Assembly: GCF_009914755.1 (NCBI RefSeq)
Contig: NC_060926.1
DNA length: 64,000 nt
Source of the DNA: the human T2T-CHM13v2.0 reference genome, Homo sapiens
Direction: 5' to 3' (one strand)
This document shows, one piece after another, positions 28,830-43,070 of the stretch. The notes beneath the pieces were generated by a model. That model searched no databases, was not told the origin of the DNA, and was given only the letters and a program-made list of their open reading frames with translations. A program made the translations under genes and the position numbers. Position 1 is the first letter of the stretch; each line of letters begins with the position of its first letter.

Positions 28830-29065
28830 ATGGTGGTTAAGAGAGCAGTCAAATGCTCTGAGTTCCAGGCTGGGCTACCCCACTGCCTATGGAGATTTAG
28901 GGGAAGTTCCCAACACCCCAAGCTCAGTTTCCCCATCAGCAGGGTGATAATATAATACCTACCTTTTAAGGCTATTGTGAGGATTAAATGGGTTCATATA
29001 TGTAAAGTGAGTACATTGATGGGCCCTAATGAAAACACAATAAATGCCATCTGCTATTTTACTGT
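28830..29065 (+). mobile_element. MIR
   Basis: ctcagtttccccatc, gtgaggattaaatg, caataaatg core. Confidence 0.7.
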
Positions 29066-29553
29066 TATTTCCCAAAACATAGTGCTTGCTAGGTTGTGAT
29101 ATAGTTGTTTACCTAATATCTTTCTTATTCGAATGTACATACCTTGAGGAGAGGGAGTAAATCCTGTTCACATTGCACCCACAGCATGTATTATGGTGGC
29201 ATGCAATAGGCACTAGATGAGTGTTAAATGGAAAGTATTGCCATCTATTGTCCCCATGGATTAGGAAATAATCTTCCCTGGTTGGTTCCTGAACAGACAC
29301 ACTTACAGAACTGGTTCTTTAGGCCAGAACTTCCCAACTAATATGCGGTATTGGTATACCTAAGGGACTGATTCTGCAGCCTTTGGATGGCCTGAGCTTC
29401 AAAAGGTGGCTTGGGGACATGGATCAGTTTACCCTAGTGTGCCATGCAAATGTAATTTTCTGTGAGTCCATCATGACTTAAAAAAAGGATGGGAGGCACT
29501 GTTCTAGGCTGTAATGTAATACTTTCAGTTGTTGCAGAATATAGCTTGGCCCT

Positions 29554-29948
29554 TGTCTTAGTCTGTTCAGGTTGTTATAACAAAGTACATAGGCTGGTCA
29601 TTTATAAATAATAAATTATTTAAATAATTTATTTTAATAAATTTTAACATATTTATTGTAAACAATAAATTATTTAAAAAATAAATTTATTGCCCACAGT
29701 TCTGGAGGCTGGGAAGTCCAAGCTCAAGGTGCCAGCAGATTTGGTCAGGGCCTGGTCTCTGATTCATAGGTGGTGCCCTCTTGCTGTGGAAGGGGAGAAC
29801 AAGCCCCCTTGGGCTTCTTTTATAAGAACGGTAGTCCCACTCATGAGGACTCCTCCCAAAGCCCTACCTCCTAATACCATCGCCTTGGGGGTTAGGATTT
29901 CAACATATGAATTTGGGGGCGGGGATACAAACACTTGGACCAAAGCAG
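29554..29948 (-). mobile_element. MLT1A-type solo LTR with AT-rich internal expansion
   Basis: tgtcttagtctgttcagg...cacagttctggaggctgggaagtccaag...gaccaaagca. Confidence 0.8.
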
Positions 29949-30139
29949 TACTGTTTTTTTTTTTAAATAAAGCGAGTTTTAGATTTTTAGCTAGCTAGCT
30001 TGCTAGAAAAAGATTGAAAAAATATATAGCATATTGAGGTTATTTGAGAGATTGTAGTTGTGATTTTTCCCCTAATATTTTCCCCGAAATGCATTTCTGT
30101 AATTAGGAAAAGACAAACTCTCGTAAGTGTTATTTTTAA

Positions 30140-31205
<1,066 letters not shown>

Positions 31206-32297
31206 TGAGTTTGTTTAAGGACCAATGATTCATTAAATCCTCAGTATGTTTGTTGAACGAGTATGTGAATAACCAAGCGTGTGCTTTGGTACCAGGTGCT
31301 GTGCGTCAGATGTGGTTGCTGTGCTAAGGCTGCTCACAGTCTGGGGGAAGACAGAAGTTTATTTCCTTATCAAACTTTTGTGCTCTTTATTTACTTGTCC
31401 TAGTTATGTTCTAAACCCAGGGTTGCTAACAGTGAATCACAAGCACGTGCTTTCTGAATCTGCTTAGCACACAGGTCTTCCAGGAGATGTCAGTAATCAC
31501 TCTTTGATCCCTTTCTTTGATTAAAACTCATTAGGTCCACTTCCATGTGAATGACTGGATTATTCTCTTTCATTAACTAATCTTGGCCCACCCAGAAATG
31601 CAGTGCCACTTTTTGTACATTTACATTGGTTTTTAAAGATGATTCCTGTTGGCTGGGCATTTTCCTTCTTACACAAGTTCATAAGTATCTGAAAAATCCA
31701 GATCTTTTACTGGATAATATGATTTATTATTAATAATAGAAGGAGTTAGTGTTGTAAAAAAATAATCATGCCACATGTGTAACAAACTATAATTATGAAC
31801 ACATTTAAAGAGTTTACTATTACAATCAAATACAGCCACAATAAAAATGATCTGGCATCTTTTATGATTTACATATTCGTTCTTGGACAGCACTGTAATT
31901 AGGGACAAATGGTTCATATGATGTTCTAATAAATGACTATAATTAGTGCTACTTTCATGCAGTAAAGTCACATTTTTCGTTTTGCTGCTAACATGTACCC
32001 TTTCATCATCATCTTCACACACCCACTAGCATTTGCAGATGAGAAAAGACAAAGGTCTGGAATCTTACTCATCCATGGCTCTCTGGAGAAACCTTGTCCT
32101 CCTCCCTCTTCTCAGACTTGAGAGCCTCTATCTCCTACTCCAGACTTCCCTCCCCACCCCACACTGCCTCCCTGCCCCACACTGCCCCCCCCGCGGACCA
32201 TCCTACCCAACAGCCTAAACCTTTTCAATCAGAATTTCATCCTGCTCTGACCCACTGACTTGGAGCTGGAGAAAAAAGGCAACAGAAGCTCTAAAGC

Positions 32298-32300
32298 CAA

Positions 32301-32328
<28 letters not shown>
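32298..32328. repeat. (AAAAC)n simple repeat
   Basis: caaaaaacaaaacaaaacaaaacaaaacaaa. Confidence 0.9.
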
Positions 32329-32331
<3 letters not shown>

Positions 32332-32488
32332 GATCACCTGATATCCTGGGGAAGGAAAGAAACTGATCACATAATCGTCATATAGTGAGTGAGGGGAGGG
32401 GGCTGCAAATGGTATGAATTGGCTCTGAATCCCTGGTATCTAGGAGAGGATCTGCAGAGAAGTGGAAGAAGAAGGATTATTTCTAAGT

Positions 32489-32620
32489 AAGGTGCATACA
32501 TAATTTATTGTCCAAACCAGAATACTTTCGAGAGTGAATGGGGGCACTATTATTAATTTCACCAGGACTACAGGTATAAGCCATGACCATCTCCAGAAAA
32601 AAGACTTACTGTTGCGCTAC
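32489..32620. mobile_element. MER81-like hAT-Blackjack MITE
   Basis: ataatttattgtccaaacc...gagagtgaatgggggcactatt. Confidence 0.6.
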
Positions 32621-32789
32621 TTCTAAGTAGACATTGGAGAGAGAAGAGAGTAATGATATTATCACACCTAAATGAGGATGTGGATTCTGCATGTTATTGT
32701 GAAAAGCATGACATATGGAGCCCTAAAAGCTCTGTCCTAATTACTTTCCATACCTTTTGCCCCTTTCTTCTTCAGTTCATTCCCTGCTA

Positions 32790-33420
32790 GAAGACTAATT
32801 TTTGAAAATGATGGCTCTGATTTTTTCTGATTTTCTGATTTTTAAATATCTCTGGTGGCCTTCCCATGGTTAGCAGAATAAAGTCTGTGCCTGACTGGCT
32901 GGCATTCAAATGCTGCCCCAATTGGGTCCCAATCTTGTTTCTCAGAACCACTAGAACTCCAAACCATTGGAACTACTGGCTGTTCCTGGCCTGTCATTTC
33001 CTACCCCCATGCCTTTACTCAAGCTTTATTATTTTGCTGTCTGGAAACATTTTAACCTCTGTTTGTACTTTTGCAATTTCTGTCCATTCTCCATGACCTA
33101 GTTAAAATATCAGCTAAAATGGTGTGGAAAGCTGAGCATTGGAAGAAAGGGGCTCTCTATGAAGCCTTCTCTACTCACTCTTATCTCATATAGCTCTGAA
33201 CTTCTAGGAGTTTTTCTACAGACCTCTGTGTATCTTTTATAGACCCATATGACTGCTTTTATCCTTGCATTGCCATCATGTAGATATATGTCTTAGATCC
33301 CCTAATAGATCAGAAGCTGTTTTAGGGCAGATTCAAGGTCTGGTTCTTCCTTGTAATTCTCAAATAACTTTTCATTGTGCTTGTACATGCTAGACATGTA
33401 CCAGTATTGTTGAATGAAAG
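32790..33420 (+). mobile_element. L2 3' fragment
   Basis: Ends in tattgttgaatgaa; L2-like body. Confidence 0.55.
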
Positions 33421-34999
33421 AAATTAGAGACTGCAATTCAAAATTCTGATGCTGTTTATCTCTGCTTTGGTGAAGAAAAACTGTGGGATGAAGATGCTTC
33501 CTGTTTTGCTTGCTCAGAGACTTGGGACTGGGATAAGTGTGGGCATTCGATTCCTGTTGGTTCTGAGGCGTGGCTTCCTTTCCTTCATAGGAGGGATAGA
33601 AAAGATGGACCAGCTTTTGGCATTTAAGAAGCCTGTTATAATCTCCCAGGCCAGAGCTATATCTTTGGCATGGGTGGGTAGTTACAGTATCCTATTGCTA
33701 AATGGACCATACATGACTATAACAAGACTCCTTTCTGCAACCAGCTTTGGCCATTTGCTGGCCCTTTGGGAGCCCCGTCTCTAGGTTTCTTATTGCCCAG
33801 GTAGTCACAATTCCTGGCAGTTATAATTAAATGCAATCATTCAAACCTTGCCTGAAATTATACATATGGTTAGCTTTCTTTTTATTAAATCAGTATTCTA
33901 TACACTAGCCTACCTGGCCTGATCTATTAATTCTGATCTCTATGAAAACTGAAATGACTAACACTAAAAAGAAAGACTGTCAAATTGAATCTTCATCCCT
34001 AACTAATCATAATCCCTGCCATATGTCCTTGGCACAAATCATGCTGCCTGGGGCTTTTCATTCTATGCAGTGAGGCATATTGGAAATTTGTGATGGTGAG
34101 GACTGCTCTTGCCATTTTCCACACTGAAGGGTGTACCGGAAGCTGTTTCCAAAAAGAATGAAATTCAAGGCATCTGGCTTTTTTTGGCATTTGTAGTTTT
34201 GGAACTATGAAAATGAGGTATATTAGACTCAGTGGGTATGACAAAAGGTCAAACTTTTGTCTAACAAAAGTTTATAAAAAATTATAGATATTTTTTCTAC
34301 TAGCTACCTCAGATTTATTTAAGTCTATTCACTCTTTAAGACTGAGGGTTGTTGGGGGGAAAGCCTAAGCACTGTGAAAGGAAAGGGATTTGACTATATC
34401 CTAAGGTGCCTTAAATCATCTTTGGTTTACTAATACTCTTTAGCTATAGGACCCTATTACTACTATATAATCTTTAGTTTATAAGTCAGAGCCATGAAGA
34501 GTACTTTATTCTAGCCAGAATCCTAAGTGTATTTTGACTTAGCAATAGATCTGGAAGGTTCATATACATTTTGACTAAGATATTCATATTCTTAGCAGCC
34601 AAGTACTTACAGATTTACACTTTGACATGTCATCCTGATTTATTTTTATTTATTGGTTTAATATGTAACTCCTCTTAGAACATAGATTTTTCTAAATCTG
34701 GATAGAATCTCAGAAAATTGAGTCCCACATCACTCTATTGGATATGAGAAAGTCAAGGCTCAGGGAGGTTAAGCAACTTGTTCAGGGTGGTAGGCTTGAT
34801 AGTGGTAGTGCTAAACACAAGACAAATAGTATCACTTCCATCACTTTCTGGTGGTCACAGGGCCAGCCTAGATTAACAAGGAGGGGAAATAAATCCCACC
34901 TCTTAATGGAGATGATGACAAAGCATTTGTGGCCATCTTTAATCTACCATACTTAGAATGCTTAAATTTTACTTTATAATATTTTAGACTTTTGGGCGT

Positions 35000-36500
35000 A
35001 TTTACTGCCTTTTTAACTGGAAAATTTTCATCCATTATTTCTTTAAATTTTTTTCCCCTCCATTTTGTCTCTCTTCTTCTTCTGGGACTTTCATCATATG
35101 TGGATTAAACTCTCAGTATTGTCTCCGAGGCTATTGAGTCTCTAATTGTTATTACTGTTTTTAATCCTTTTCTTTTCTCTGTGCTTTACTTCAGATAATT
35201 TCTATTGCCTGCCTTGAGGTTCAGTTATCCTTTTTTTTCTGCAGTGCCCAATCTACTATTAAGTCCATACAGTGAATTTTTTTCATATTTTGTATTTTTA
35301 AGTTTTAGAATTTCCATTTGCTTTTTAAAAATATATTTACTTCACTACTGATATTCCCTATCTGTTCATGCATTATGATAATCTTTTCAATCTTTAAACA
35401 TATTTATTATAGTTGTTTTAAAGTTCTGGTTTGCTATTTCAACATTTCTGTAATCTCTGACTCTGTTTTTACTGATTATTTTTCTGATTATGGGTCACAT
35501 CTTCCTATTTCTTTGCATCTATAGTAATTTATATTTGTATGCTAGATACTGTGGATGCTATGCTATTGAGAGTCTGGATTGTGTTTCTTTTTTTAAAAAA
35601 GATCAGCTTCCATTTTCCTAGGCAGTTAATGTCCTGGCCAATCAGCTTGATTCTGTTTGGCTTATTTTTAAGCTTTATTAGAATAGGTCTAGCTCTTGGG
35701 CTACAGTAGCATTTTTGGAGACTCAGCTGAATGTCCAGGGTGATCCAGGCAGCCTCCCTCTCTGCCTGTGTTCCAGAAAGTGTTTCTAGGCAAAATAACA
35801 AATAAAAAAGGTATAAACAGTATATTTATTCTTTCAACAATGTTTATTGGGTATCTACTATAATCCAGACATTGTTCTCGGTACTGGAGATACAATAGTT
35901 ATTTAAAAAAAAAACCCTGCTTTTATGGAGCTTATGTTCTAGTGGAGACAATAATCAAAATAAATCAGCCTGTGTACTCTGACTGGTTAGAAGTGCTGTA
36001 TCTCTCAGCACTGTGTGACCTCTGGAATGTCCACTCAGATCACACTGTTTAGGACCTATTGTCTGCCACATCTCTCCATGAGTATTGGTCTACACATGTG
36101 CAGCTAATAACTTAAGAAGACCCCCCCCATGCTAAACTTTAGATCTCTTTCTATGAACAACTTTCCCTCTGACTCACGTCACCGCACATTCCAGCTACTT
36201 CAGCATCCCTGAATTCTGATTGCTGCCTCCCCAGCCCCGTGAGACTGCCATGCTCTGTTTGAGTTCTCCCTCTCTGCCTGTGTTCCAGAAAGTGTTTCCA
36301 GGCAAAATATCAAGGCGATTGTGTAGACAGATCTTTTTTGTGTGTTTCCCTTCTTCCTGGGATCACACTACTGTGTATTTATTGTCCAGTGTCTGAAAGC
36401 AGTCACTTCCTATATTTTATTCAATTTTATAATTGTTTTCTGTGGGTGAAGGAGGTTAGTTTTCTGCCAGTTACTCCATTACAGCCAGAAGTGGAAGTTC
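35000..36500 (-). mobile_element. Old L1 (L1ME-like) 5' region containing a composite local insertion
   Basis: ggaaaattttcatccattatttctttaaa, agttttagaatttccattt, ttactccattacagccagaagtggaag. Confidence 0.65.
35754..35967 (+). repeat. Composite dispersed duplication copied from 36266-36309 and 37600-37764
   Basis: 43/44 match to the first source; roughly 90% match by eye to the second; CAGCCT at both ends. Confidence 0.9.
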
Positions 36501-37619
36501 TTTCCCTTTTATAGTGATATAATATAATTTTCTAATAAATAAAAATTTCTTATATTAAAAATCACAATTCTACATAGTGCTTAGGTGACCAATCTAAAGC
36601 ATCAGATGTAGATATTATCTTGTTAGTGAAGTAAAGACACCTGTAGGACTTTCTTTGACTGTTGGCTAGTATGCGTGGTTCAATAACAGGTTAGTGAGCT
36701 GATGAAATTAGTTCTAGTTTAAAATCCTTGGCTCCTGGGTCAAAGTGATGCCTACCTTGATTTGCTAACTTCTTTGTTCTGTTCTGTCTTGGGTTCTTTC
36801 CCGGAAGCCCCAGAATGCCTCTGTTATTTTTGCCTCCTGCATGAGTTCTAGTTCCTTATGGGGACTGAACATCTAAACTTTTATAATCTGATTACTAACC
36901 TAGAGACCTGTCTTCTCCAATGTATCTACATACCCACTTTTCTATTTCTGTCTGTTAATTATCAATTAAGCTAAAATTAAGCACCCCCCTCCCCATTTAA
37001 ATATACTTATATCCAAGTATTGTGGGGCAGGAGAGATTAGTGACCAAAGGAGTGGCCTGATTATCTCTGCACAGGAATAATAAACCTTGTAGTTGCTGGT
37101 GTGAAAATGGTTTAGAACCATTTTCAATTTGGGCCTAGTTTAAGGGATTTCTTTGAGTGCATCTCTCTAAAAAGGAATGGTGCCTGTCCTCCTGATTCTG
37201 GGATACAGCTTTAGAACTGTATTATTTTCATTTATTATATGGTTTATACCTTCAGAAGAGACTTAGTACATAAATAGTGTAATACCACATTTTTGAATAT
37301 TTAGGTTTACTTAATCACTTAGGAAAATTAGCATAGGCTCACAGGAGAAAAAGTGAAAGGGATCTCACAGGAAGTCCTGGTGTATAAATAAGCTGTTATT
37401 CATTTAAAAAAATCACTACCAATATTCATTAAAAAATGAATAATTGCTTATTTATTTTATTGAGAACACTGGTATTCTGAGGAGTTATTATTACTGTTTT
37501 GGTAAGTATGGTAGAGAACATCAAAAATTTTCTTAACAAAAAAGTAATTTAATTTTCTCTGAAGTGCCGTTAACTTTTCATGATTATACATTCTCATGTA
37601 CAAATAAAAAAGATACAAA

Positions 37620-38400
37620 AGTATATTTATTTCAGCAATGTTTATTGGGTATCTACTATATTCCCAACATTGTTCTCGGTACTGGAGATACAATTGTTTT
37701 TAAAAAAGAATCCCTGCTTTTATGGAGCTTACGTTCTAGTGGAGACAATAGCCAAAATAAATCAATCAATAAATTATTACCATAAATATTATGTTAGAAG
37801 CTGTTACGTGCTTGGAATAAAGCAATGCAGGGTAAGGGTGCTGTTGAGAGGACTGTGGTTTTAAATGGGACAGGAGGGTAGACTTCATTAGGAAGGAGAG
37901 TTTTGCTCTGCCTTACAGTAGGCAAGGGCATGAGGTGGGCAGATATCTGGGGAAATAGTATCCCTGGCAGAAGGAATAGTTGTTGCAAGGGCTTGAAGGT
38001 GGGGCAGAGGCCATCAAGGTGCAGCCAAGACACGAGTGTGTTTGGAGAAGTGGGAGTAAGAGGAGGATAGTAGGAGACGAGGTTCCAAGGGAAATGGGTG
38101 ACTGAGGTGGGACATGGGGGCCAGGTGATGTGGAAACTTTGGTTTTTACTCTGAGCTAAACAGGGAGCCACTGGAGAGTTTTGAGCAGGACATGCTGTGA
38201 ACCTGCTTAAATATTAAAAGTATCACTCTGGATCCTCCAAGGATAATAAATAGACTCCAAGAGGGCAAGGGTGGAAGCAGGGATTGCTGCTAGGAGATCA
38301 GTGCCATAGTCTGGGGAAGAAATGATGGTGGCTTAGACCAGGGCAGGAAGTCTTGAAGTGGTGAGAAGTGACAACATTCTGGAAATATTTTAATGTAATA
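37620..38400 (-). mobile_element. L2 fragment
   Basis: L2 3' tail and body (gggagccactggagagttttgagcagg, atgatggtggcttagaccaggg). Confidence 0.75.
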
Positions 38401-38627
38401 TTTGCGTGTATATTTCTTCTGGTAAACAGCAAAAATTAAATCTCCCTCTCTTGTATTCTAGTCACTTAGTCACGCCATAGAATAACCACTAATGCCAGTT
38501 TTCAATTTTTGGTCCAACTTCTTACATGCATTTATAAATACATGTATATATTCTTCCCTCTGCCACTTTTTTATTAATAAATGACGGCATGTTACACACC
38601 TAAACCCTGCTTTTTACTGAATGGTAC

Positions 38628-39203
38628 TCTAGGGAAGGAAAAATTTTCCCTGTACACCTCTGAGTTCTTAACTGGGGCCCCTGTAGCAAAAGATTGATTA
38701 ACAAGAAAAAAAACAAACAGAAGTTTATTAACATGTATTTCATATACACATGGGAGATACCCAGGGACTGAGTAATTCTTCAACAGGTGGCTTAGAACTC
38801 CAGGCTCACTATAGCATCTTTAACAAAGAAGAATACATTTTAGAGAAGGATAATACATTTTAGACGAGACAAAGGAAGAGGACCTTGAGTGTCTAGGGAC
38901 AGCAAATTGTGGGAAGGCAAATCTATGGGAAACTAATTGTGATAAAGGCTAGTTAGCAAAGTTTGTTATGTAGAGTCCTCTGGTATCTTCTCCAGGCTGA
39001 TAAAGATCTAGAGTCATTTCCAGTGATTAGCTTTTGTTCTTTCTATTAGAGAGGGAAGGAGAGACACCTTTGTAAATTTATGTCTTCTTTTTAGGCAAAT
39101 AGCGGGAGGGCAGAGAGCTTTTTTTTGGTTCCGCTTCTCAGTTGCCTTTAGCTCAAAATAACCATATGGCATATTTTGGAGTGGAATATTCTGCTGCTCT
39201 TCA
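38628..39203 (-). mobile_element. ERV1-class solo LTR (MER34/MER39-like)
   Basis: cagaagtttattaacatgtat...catgggagatacccaggg...catattttggagtggaatattctg. Confidence 0.7.
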
Positions 39204-39647
39204 ATACCTTGGATTGATAGCGCTATCTCATTTTTTCTTTGCATACCATTTCATTGTGTGGTACCATTTCACTGTGTGGATTTATCATTATTTATATCCA
39301 CATATAAATATATTTTATATTCTAGTGCATACATAATTTTACACATGTGCAAGAATATCTGCAGAAGTCTTATAACTGCAATTATTGTATTAAAATATTG
39401 TAATTTTGATATACACCATCAAATTGCCCTCCACTGAATTTATATTTACATCTATTTACTGTGTATCTTTACACATTAAAAACATTTCACTTCTTTCATA
39501 TTCATAACATCTATTGAAATTGAGGCTATTCATTCATAGGGTACATTCTTCTAACAACCAAAGACATCTTAGGGAAGAAATGAGAAGGCTTGTCACTCAA
39601 TTGTGCATTGAAACTCAACAGTATTTTAGTACTATTTGAATATAGTA

Positions 39648-39875
39648 TTGTTAAATAAAAGTTATTTAACAATAATTTTTGTTATTGATGGTAAGGCAGA
39701 CTTTATTCAAAGGAAGTGTCAACTGAAGAATAACAATATTCATAAATTTAGAAAGGAAAATTTTACTTCTCAAAAAGAGTTGTAGCCTGCTAGGTGGCCC
39801 TTCTGGCAGGCTGGGAAGTGTAGCCTCCAGCCAGAAGCCAGAAACAGACACTTCAGTCAGAAGAATAAGACAGGG
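39648..39875 (-). mobile_element. Truncated ERV1-type LTR fragments
   Basis: tgtcaactgaagaat..., ggcaggctgggaagtgtagcctcc; ends abruptly at the Alu composite. Confidence 0.5.
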
Positions 39876-39878
39876 AAG

Positions 39879-40107
39879 GGCCAGGCATGGTGGCTCACGA
39901 GGGCAGGGTGTGGTGACTCACACCTGTAATCCCAGCACTTTGGGAGGCCAAGGAGGGTGGATCATTTGAACCTAGGAGTTTTAATTTTTAGCAGAGATGA
40001 GGTCTTGCTTTATTGGCCAGGCTGGTCTCTAACTCCTGGCCTCAAGCGATCTTCCTGCCTTGGCCTCCCAAAGTACTGGAATTACAGGTATGAGCCACCA
40101 TGCCAAC
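39879..40107. mobile_element. Rearranged Alu composite (two + strand 5' stubs fused to a - strand left arm)
   Basis: ggccaggcatggtggctcacg + ggcagggtgtggtgactcacacctgtaatcc...ggagtt + taatttttagcagagatgagg...tgagccaccatgcc. Confidence 0.85.
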
Positions 40108-40157
40108 AACAGGACTTCTGATAAACATTCTTAAATTTCCAATGCTGCATTTATGTA

Positions 40158-40507
40158 CAGTCGTCCTGGGGTACCCATGGGAGGATTTGTTCCAGGACCC
40201 CGCTTGGATACCAAAATCTGCAGATGCTCGAGACCCTGATATAAAATGGTGTAGTATTTGTGTTACATAACCTACCTACCTACACACACACACAACCTAA
40301 TACAACACCTAATATATAACCTACACATACCCTCTGTAGATTACTTAATACAATGTAAACAGGATGCAAATAGTTGTTATACAGTGTAGTTTTAAAATTT
40401 GTACTATTTTGTATTGTATTGTTTTTTATTTATTTATTCAAAATATTTTCAATTTGTGGTTGGTTGATTCTTCAGACGCAGAACCCACAGATATGGAGGG
40501 CCAGCTG
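40158..40507. mobile_element. MER2 (Tigger-family) non-autonomous DNA transposon
   Basis: TA|cagtcgtcct...gataccaaaatctgcagatgctc...gatatggagggccagctg|TA; TIRs and TA TSD. Confidence 0.85.
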
Positions 40508-41983
40508 TACTCCTCTCAATTCAAGTCCCCGACTTCACACCTTCACCTACTTATTCTGTGGGTTCTTCAAGTTGTCACCAGGGTGGGCACCAGCAGCAGG
40601 TACTGGTGAACACCTGGGGAGGTGGCAAGATGCAAGGGGTGTTCCATGAATAGCTGGGATAAGATATACAAATAACTAATAAATAACTCATAAACTCATC
40701 ATTAACTCATAAACTACTTCTTTCTTAAAGCTAGAGCTTCCTAACCAGCTGATTCAGTTGGAGAAAGTCTTTTTCAAACCTTCCCTGTTAAAAATGTGTT
40801 CCATGTGTTGCTAGTCCTGGCTGTGCATGCTGTGCCTTAGGTGGGCTGGGAGGGATAAAAGGCAGAGAATCACTGTTCCAGGTAAAGTTCTTAGTCGCTT
40901 CCCCTCCCGCCATGCTCAGTGTGCTTCCTTTTTTCCATGTTCTTTCTCTTCGAAGGGTCTCCCTCTAGTTACCCAGGAATAGAGAGAGCTAAGAGAAGAC
41001 TGTCAGAAGGACCTGACTCAAGAGAGTCCCCTTCTCTAACTCTTTCAACCCAAAGCCCTCCGTGGGCTCTCCTACTATTTAGGGGCAACAGTGGCAATTT
41101 TTTAACAGAGTCATCTCAAATTTGAGTGTAGCACTAAGTACTACGAAATGATTTTTGAGAGCCTTTGCTTACTATGGTGAAAATTACACAGAGGAAAAAA
41201 AGCCATCAGTTGAAACCCATCCGGAAAGCATTTTAAAGAAGCCTCGGTTATCTGAGTCATCCCAGAAGTTGTTCTAAATTTTAAGGAGCCAAATGAAATT
41301 ATTTTTTAACTTAATGCTAGTAGGGCAAGTGTATTTCAGAGGGACAATTATGGTAGACTTCTATTTTATGTGCTGTTTGGGATCCAATAAGCATCCCCGT
41401 TTGGCTGGGGTCTGGTGACCTGAGGCTGAGGGTGTGTGGTGGAGAGCCTTTGCCAAGCCTGATGATCCTCTACTGAGGTTAGATGCTCAGGAACAGTCAG
41501 AGGTTTTTGAAAAGGGGCTGTTAAAATTGGACAAGGCTGTACTTCGATTTCACATTGCATTTTAATTGTAACAAGACAAATTGCAACACTGTAGATCTGT
41601 TCAAAAAATTTTCCTCTCTCTCTTCACTTACAAATGCAGGGCTAAACATTCTTTAGATATTAGCAGGCCTGGTCTGGCCCTCTGCCTAATGATGGGGTTT
41701 TTCAACTCTCTGAATAGCCCTGAGCCTCAGATGTGGCATCTTATTCATCCATCGGCCGAGGACAGAGTGAGGACAGAGTGGTCGGGGAGGTGGAAGTATT
41801 TGGACCTTTTTATTGCTTTGCTTAAGGGCAAAATTGTGGTCTGCAGTGACCTCCAGTCACAACTTTCTTATCTCATTTGGGATCTTGAGGGAGCAGTTTC
41901 CTCTTCATTCTTTCACAGAGACATAAAAGCAAGCGGGTATGACTGCTAAACAAGGAGGCATTATGCCAGGAATTCACAGACTC

Positions 41984-42009
41984 CACGTGCTCTGCTCCCT
42001 AGTGGCGGC
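41984..42009 (-). promoter_or_regulatory. Candidate CTCF site with adjacent E-box
   Basis: Minus strand GCCGCCACTAGGGAGCAG resembles the CTCF core CCACYAGRGGGCRS (one mismatch); CACGTG at 41984-41989. Confidence 0.45.
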
Positions 42010-42224
42010 TGTGCAGGCCATGTTTCCAAAGGGTCACAGGGGTCTTGGTGTGCCCTGTCTGACTGATGATCAATCTCAGCTGTGAGTGAAAAACTGCAAT
42101 GGTCCCTGGGATCTCAGGCTCCTTCAAAGGGGTTTTTTTCTGAGAGTCACCCTGAATACTGACAAAGTCAAGAGCCTCAGCCGAGAGAGAACTTGGGCAG
42201 TTGATTGCCTTGAGGAGGTGCTTG

Positions 42225-42352
42225 CGTGTGTGTATGTATGTATCTCTGTAGGCATGTTTATGTGGGTATGTATATGGGTATCTGTGTGTGTGTATGTGCT
42301 TGTGTGTATGTGTGAGTGTGTGTGTGTGTGTGTGGTGGGAGTGGGTGTGTGA
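42225..42352. repeat. (TG)n/(TATG)n low-complexity tract
   Basis: Alternating purine-pyrimidine repeat. Confidence 0.9.
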
Positions 42353-42776
42353 GTAGGAAACTCACAGGGAGAGGAGTTTGGAGAGCAGATCTCTAGGGAG
42401 AGGGGCCACAGTGATGCACCAAAGTTTTCGGATGAAATGACCAAACAATGTTGGTGCTGTAGTCATAAAAAAAGAAATGAGAAGAAACTGAGTTTAAGGA
42501 GATTTTACAGTAATGCCTTCATGAAGTCTTTTTAGAAATTTCATCTGTACGTGAAGTCTCTTTCTCTCCTGGATTCCCATTCTCTTCTTTCCCATTTCCA
42601 TTGTGCTACTTACCACATTTCACCTTGATACTTGCTGTAGATGTACGTATCTCTGTATCTCTCTTACCCATTTTTAACTTTGTGTGTGCAGGGACCATGA
42701 TCTTTATATCACCCGAGTACTTTATTCGCCTGTCATACAGATGATACTCAGTAACGAACTATAGAAATGATTCCTG

Positions 42777-43070
<294 letters not shown>

